Below, piece after piece: positions 61,584 to 64,000 of a DNA stretch of 64,000 nucleotides. The stretch lies in contig CANRLS010000003.1 in assembly GCA_947631545.1 (NCBI GenBank), positions 3,146-67,145 on the forward strand, given 5' to 3'. Source of the stretch: an uncultured Atopobiaceae bacterium (GTDB taxonomy: Bacteria > Actinomycetota > Coriobacteriia > Coriobacteriales > Atopobiaceae). Position 1 is the first letter of the stretch. The number at the start of each line of letters is the position of its first letter. A program made the position numbers and the translations under genes. The notes under the pieces are model-generated. The model was not told the DNA's origin. It did not search any database and worked only from the letters and a program-made list of their open reading frames with translations.

Positions 61584-63182
61584 CTAGTCGTTGCGCTCGG
61601 CGAGGGGCCGGTAGGTGCGCTCGGCGAGGATGCAGCGATAGGCCGGTCGGATGATCCTCGCCGCCCCGTAGAGCTCCTCCATGCGATGGGCCGCCCAGCC
61701 CGCGAGCCTCGACATCGCGAAGATCGGCGTGTGGAGCGACTCGGGGATTCCGAGCATGTTGTAGACGAACCCGGTGTAGAGGTCGATGTTCGCGCAGATG
61801 GGCGTTGGCGTCGCGTGCGCCTCTCGCACGATCGTCGGCCCCAGGCGCTCGACGGTGCGTATGAGCTGGAATCGGTCGTGAAGGCCCCGCTCGTCCGCGA
61901 GCTTCTGGGCGTAGGTGGCGATGAGCTCGCAGCGCGGGTCGGAGAGCGTGTAGACGGCATGGCCGATGCCGTAGATGAGCCCGGTGCCGTCGAAGGCCTC
62001 TCCCCTGGCGATCCGCTCGAGGTAGCTCGCCACCTCGTCCTCGTTCGTGATGTCGCCCACGTTCTCGGCGATGTTCTTCAGCATCTGGCCCACCTTGGCG
62101 TTCGCGCCGCCGTGCTTGGGTCCCTTGAGCGAACCCATCGCCGCGGCATAGGCGCTGTAGGCGTCCGTGGCGGAGCTCGAGAGCACGCGCGTCGTGAAGG
62201 TGGAGTTGTTGCCGCCGCCGTGCTCGGCGTGGAGCATGAGCATCACGTCGAGGAGGAGCGCCTCCTCGCGGGTGAAGGGCTCGTTGCCCCTGAGCACGTC
62301 GAGGAGCGTCTCGGCCATGGAGTAGCCCATGTTGACGGGTGGGATGCGAAGCTCGGTCCGGCCGTGCTCGGCGGCGTAGGCGGTGTGCGCCACGGCCGCG
62401 ATCCGAGGGAGACGGCCCAGAAGCGAGAGCACCACGTCGACCTCATGCTCGGGCGAGGTGTCGTCGGGATCGTCGTCGAAGGCGTAGAGCAGAAGCGTCG
62501 CCCGCTGGAGCACGTTCATGATCGAGGATGAGCGGGTGGTCCTCGGGAAGAGCGAGAGGTAGCCGAGCGAGAGCCGGCGGCGCGCATCGATACGCCGGTT
62601 GAAGTCGTCCAGCTGCTGCACCGTGGGGAGGTTCCCCGTGAGGAGGAGGTAGGCCACCTCCTCGTAGCCGAAGCGCTGCTCGTCTTCGGCGCCGCGCACG
62701 AGCTCCTCCACGTCGTAGCCGCGGTAGGAGAGGCGTCCCTTGGCCGGGTGCACGCCGGTGGCGTCCCTTGTGTAGCCATGCACGTCGCACACGGTGGTAA
62801 GGCCCACGAGCACGCCGGAGCCGTCGGCGTTCCTCAAGCCCCGCTTCACGTCGTAGCGCTCGTACTCCTCGGGCGCGATGCGGTCGAAGCGCACGAAGTC
62901 CTCGTAGAGCTCGTCCGAGACGGGCGGTCGGCCGCAGGAGACGCTCGGCATCGGGCTCACGTCCTCGATGCGGAGCATCGCCGAGGTGGAGTTCGCCGAG
63001 ATCACGGTCTCCTTGGTGTCGCCGGGGTTGCCCACGGCCCTCCGTGCGCCTCGGAGGGCCGCTCGCACGGCGCTCATGGCCCTCTCCTCCTCGTCGGTGA
63101 TGCGATCGGCATCGCTATCGCCCGTGGCTGCGCGAAGCGCGTCCTCGGCGGGCGTGTAGTCTTCCGATTCCCTCTTCGTCAA
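61584..63182 (-). CDS. citrate synthase (citrate/2-methylcitrate synthase family) with N-terminal extension
   Basis: Contains HAEHGGGNNSTF, GPKHGGAN and the YGIGHAVY catalytic His block. TTG start at 63180-63182, 4 nt after GAGGAGG, which leaves about 75 aa before the conserved core. Confidence 0.88.
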   Translation of the reverse strand: MTKRESEDYTPAEDALRAATGDSDADRITDEEERAMSAVRAALRGARRAVGNPGDTKETVISANSTSAMLRIEDVSPMPSVSCGRPPVSDELYEDFVRFDRIAPEEYERYDVKRGLRNADGSGVLVGLTTVCDVHGYTRDATGVHPAKGRLSYRGYDVEELVRGAEDEQRFGYEEVAYLLLTGNLPTVQQLDDFNRRIDARRRLSLGYLSLFPRTTRSSSIMNVLQRATLLLYAFDDDPDDTSPEHEVDVVLSLLGRLPRIAAVAHTAYAAEHGRTELRIPPVNMGYSMAETLLDVLRGNEPFTREEALLLDVMLMLHAEHGGGNNSTFTTRVLSSSATDAYSAYAAAMGSLKGPKHGGANAKVGQMLKNIAENVGDITNEDEVASYLERIARGEAFDGTGLIYGIGHAVYTLSDPRCELIATYAQKLADERGLHDRFQLIRTVERLGPTIVREAHATPTPICANIDLYTGFVYNMLGIPESLHTPIFAMSRLAGWAAHRMEELYGAARIIRPAYRCILAERTYRPLAERND

Positions 63183-63336
63183 AGATCCTCCTCATGGCCG
63201 TAGGGCCCAGGGATCGCCCCATCGGGCATCCCGCTTGGCCGGCGCACCGGCGACTGCCGCTTCGGCAGCGGTCTCGAGCATCCCGCTCGCAGCCGATCCC
63301 CATGGGATTGGCGCGGCCGCTCCCTTCTCCCGAGCC

Positions 63337-63630
63337 CTAGAGCCGGTACATGAGCTTGAAGAGATCCTCCCGCTGAAGCGTCACCTGCACGCCCACCTCC
63401 CGCGCGAGCTTCTGGAGCGCTGCGTGGAGCTCCTCGAAATCCACGTCCATCGATCGGAGGTCCACGAGCATCGTCATGGTGAAGATGCCCTGGAGGATGG
63501 TCTGGGAGATGTCGAGGATATTCACGCCATGGTTCGCGAGCTCGGCCGTCACGCCGGCGACGATGCCGGGGCGATCGCTGCCGAGCACGACGAGGATCGC
63601 GCGATCGTTGGGGGCGGGCTCCTGGGCCAT
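63337..63630 (-). CDS. ACT-domain protein (UPF0237-like)
   Basis: 97 aa. Contains ILVVLGSDRPGIVAGVTAELANHGVNILDISQT, a single ACT fold. Confidence 0.75.
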   Translation of the reverse strand: MAQEPAPNDRAILVVLGSDRPGIVAGVTAELANHGVNILDISQTILQGIFTMTMLVDLRSMDVDFEELHAALQKLAREVGVQVTLQREDLFKLMYRL

Positions 63631-63801
63631 GTTGACTCCTATCGTCGACGCCTCCCGCCTCGAGCTCGGGGAAGCGCAGGTTGCATGGCCCGTATTCTAC
63701 GTCCTCTCACATTTCCGATCCGAAACAAGGGGTCGAAGGGCCCTGCCCAGCGGCACCGCGAGCGCGCCCGAGCCTCGGCGGGCGGCACCGGATCTTTCGC
63801 C

Positions 63802-64000
63802 TCAAGCCTCGGACCTCGAAACGCGAAGAACGGCCCCGTAGGCGTCGCTTCGCGAGATGCCGGCGTCGCGGGCCACGGCACGGGCGGCGGCCGAGGGGGA
63901 GAGCCCCTCGCCGAGGCGCTGCCGGGCGAGGTCCTCGACGGCCCTGCCGTCGCGCTCCTCGCGCTCGCCCTCTTCGCGCGCCGTGGGCGCCTCGACGACG
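63802..64000 (-). CDS. C-terminal end of an RsmI-like 16S rRNA 2'-O-methyltransferase (partial, runs off the window)
   Basis: The minus-frame translation is ...VVEAPTAREEGEREERDGRAVEDLARQRLGEGLSPSAAARAVARDAGISRSDAYGAVLRVSRSEA-stop (TGA at 63802-63804). The pattern ...G.S...A.k.vA...G..r...Y is typical of RsmI C-termini. Confidence 0.45.
   Translation of the reverse strand, partial: VVEAPTAREEGEREERDGRAVEDLARQRLGEGLSPSAAARAVARDAGISRSDAYGAVLRVSRSEA

Noticed and set aside
1-64000. A search for mobile elements, phage genes, defence systems (restriction-modification, Cas, abortive infection) or secondary-metabolite genes that could constitute a novel system.
   Set aside because: No translation in any frame shows transposase, integrase, recombinase, nuclease-helicase or biosynthetic signatures. 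Apart from the VapBC islet, the window is core metabolism and cell-envelope genes, so I do not claim such a system.

Overview
This is a high-G+C chromosomal segment, about two-thirds G+C by eye. I call roughly 50 protein genes, most of them on the minus strand. The gene content points to an anaerobic high-GC Gram-positive, probably Coriobacteriia/Eggerthellales-like. That assignment is inferred from the DapL lysine route, fhs, two split transketolases, an AKR-ferredoxin fusion and a large U32 protein; no search was run.

In map order:
- A lysine-riboswitch-controlled dapA-dapB-dapF-dapL operon.
- A small lower-GC islet carrying a Phd/VapC toxin-antitoxin pair.
- An MFS transporter.
- A serC-serA-DUF1015 operon lying beside a ThrE-type exporter gene.
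- A RhaD-like aldolase, split transketolase and GlpK-like kinase cluster.
- An MBL-fold hydrolase.
- An ArsR-family repressor with a P1B-2 metal ATPase and a palindromic operator.
- An M20 dipeptidase, a HAD hydrolase, an LEA-like repeat protein and cspA.
- fhs, ruvCAB, lgt, dcd, a NifU-like protein, a large U32 protein and tyrS.
- A multidomain autolysin divergent from a class A PBP.
- argR-argG-argH.
- A membrane-anchored C39-like protein.
- A phosphosugar mutase and engB.
- A second split transketolase divergent from an AKR-4Fe4S fusion.
- An RlmKL-like methyltransferase, an S10 carboxypeptidase and kup.
- A DUF2142-like membrane protein, a Cof phosphatase, citrate synthase, an ACT protein and a partial rsmI-like gene.

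I found no rRNA, tRNA, CRISPR array, transposase or integrase. I also found no clear-cut new multi-gene system such as a defence island; most of the window is housekeeping.

The best leads:
- The conserved but uncharacterised DUF1015 gene in the serine operon.
- An orphan aldolase/transketolase/kinase module.
- An unassigned, hairpin-rich 296-bp spacer at 18376-18671.
- A long structured kup leader.
- A Gly-X-Y-periodic repeat in the PBP/argH spacer.
- A C39-like protein with Ser in place of the nucleophile Cys.
- An RlmKL homologue whose N-terminal methyltransferase motifs look degenerate.

All homology statements come from reading the translations against remembered family signatures. No database search or folding program was run.
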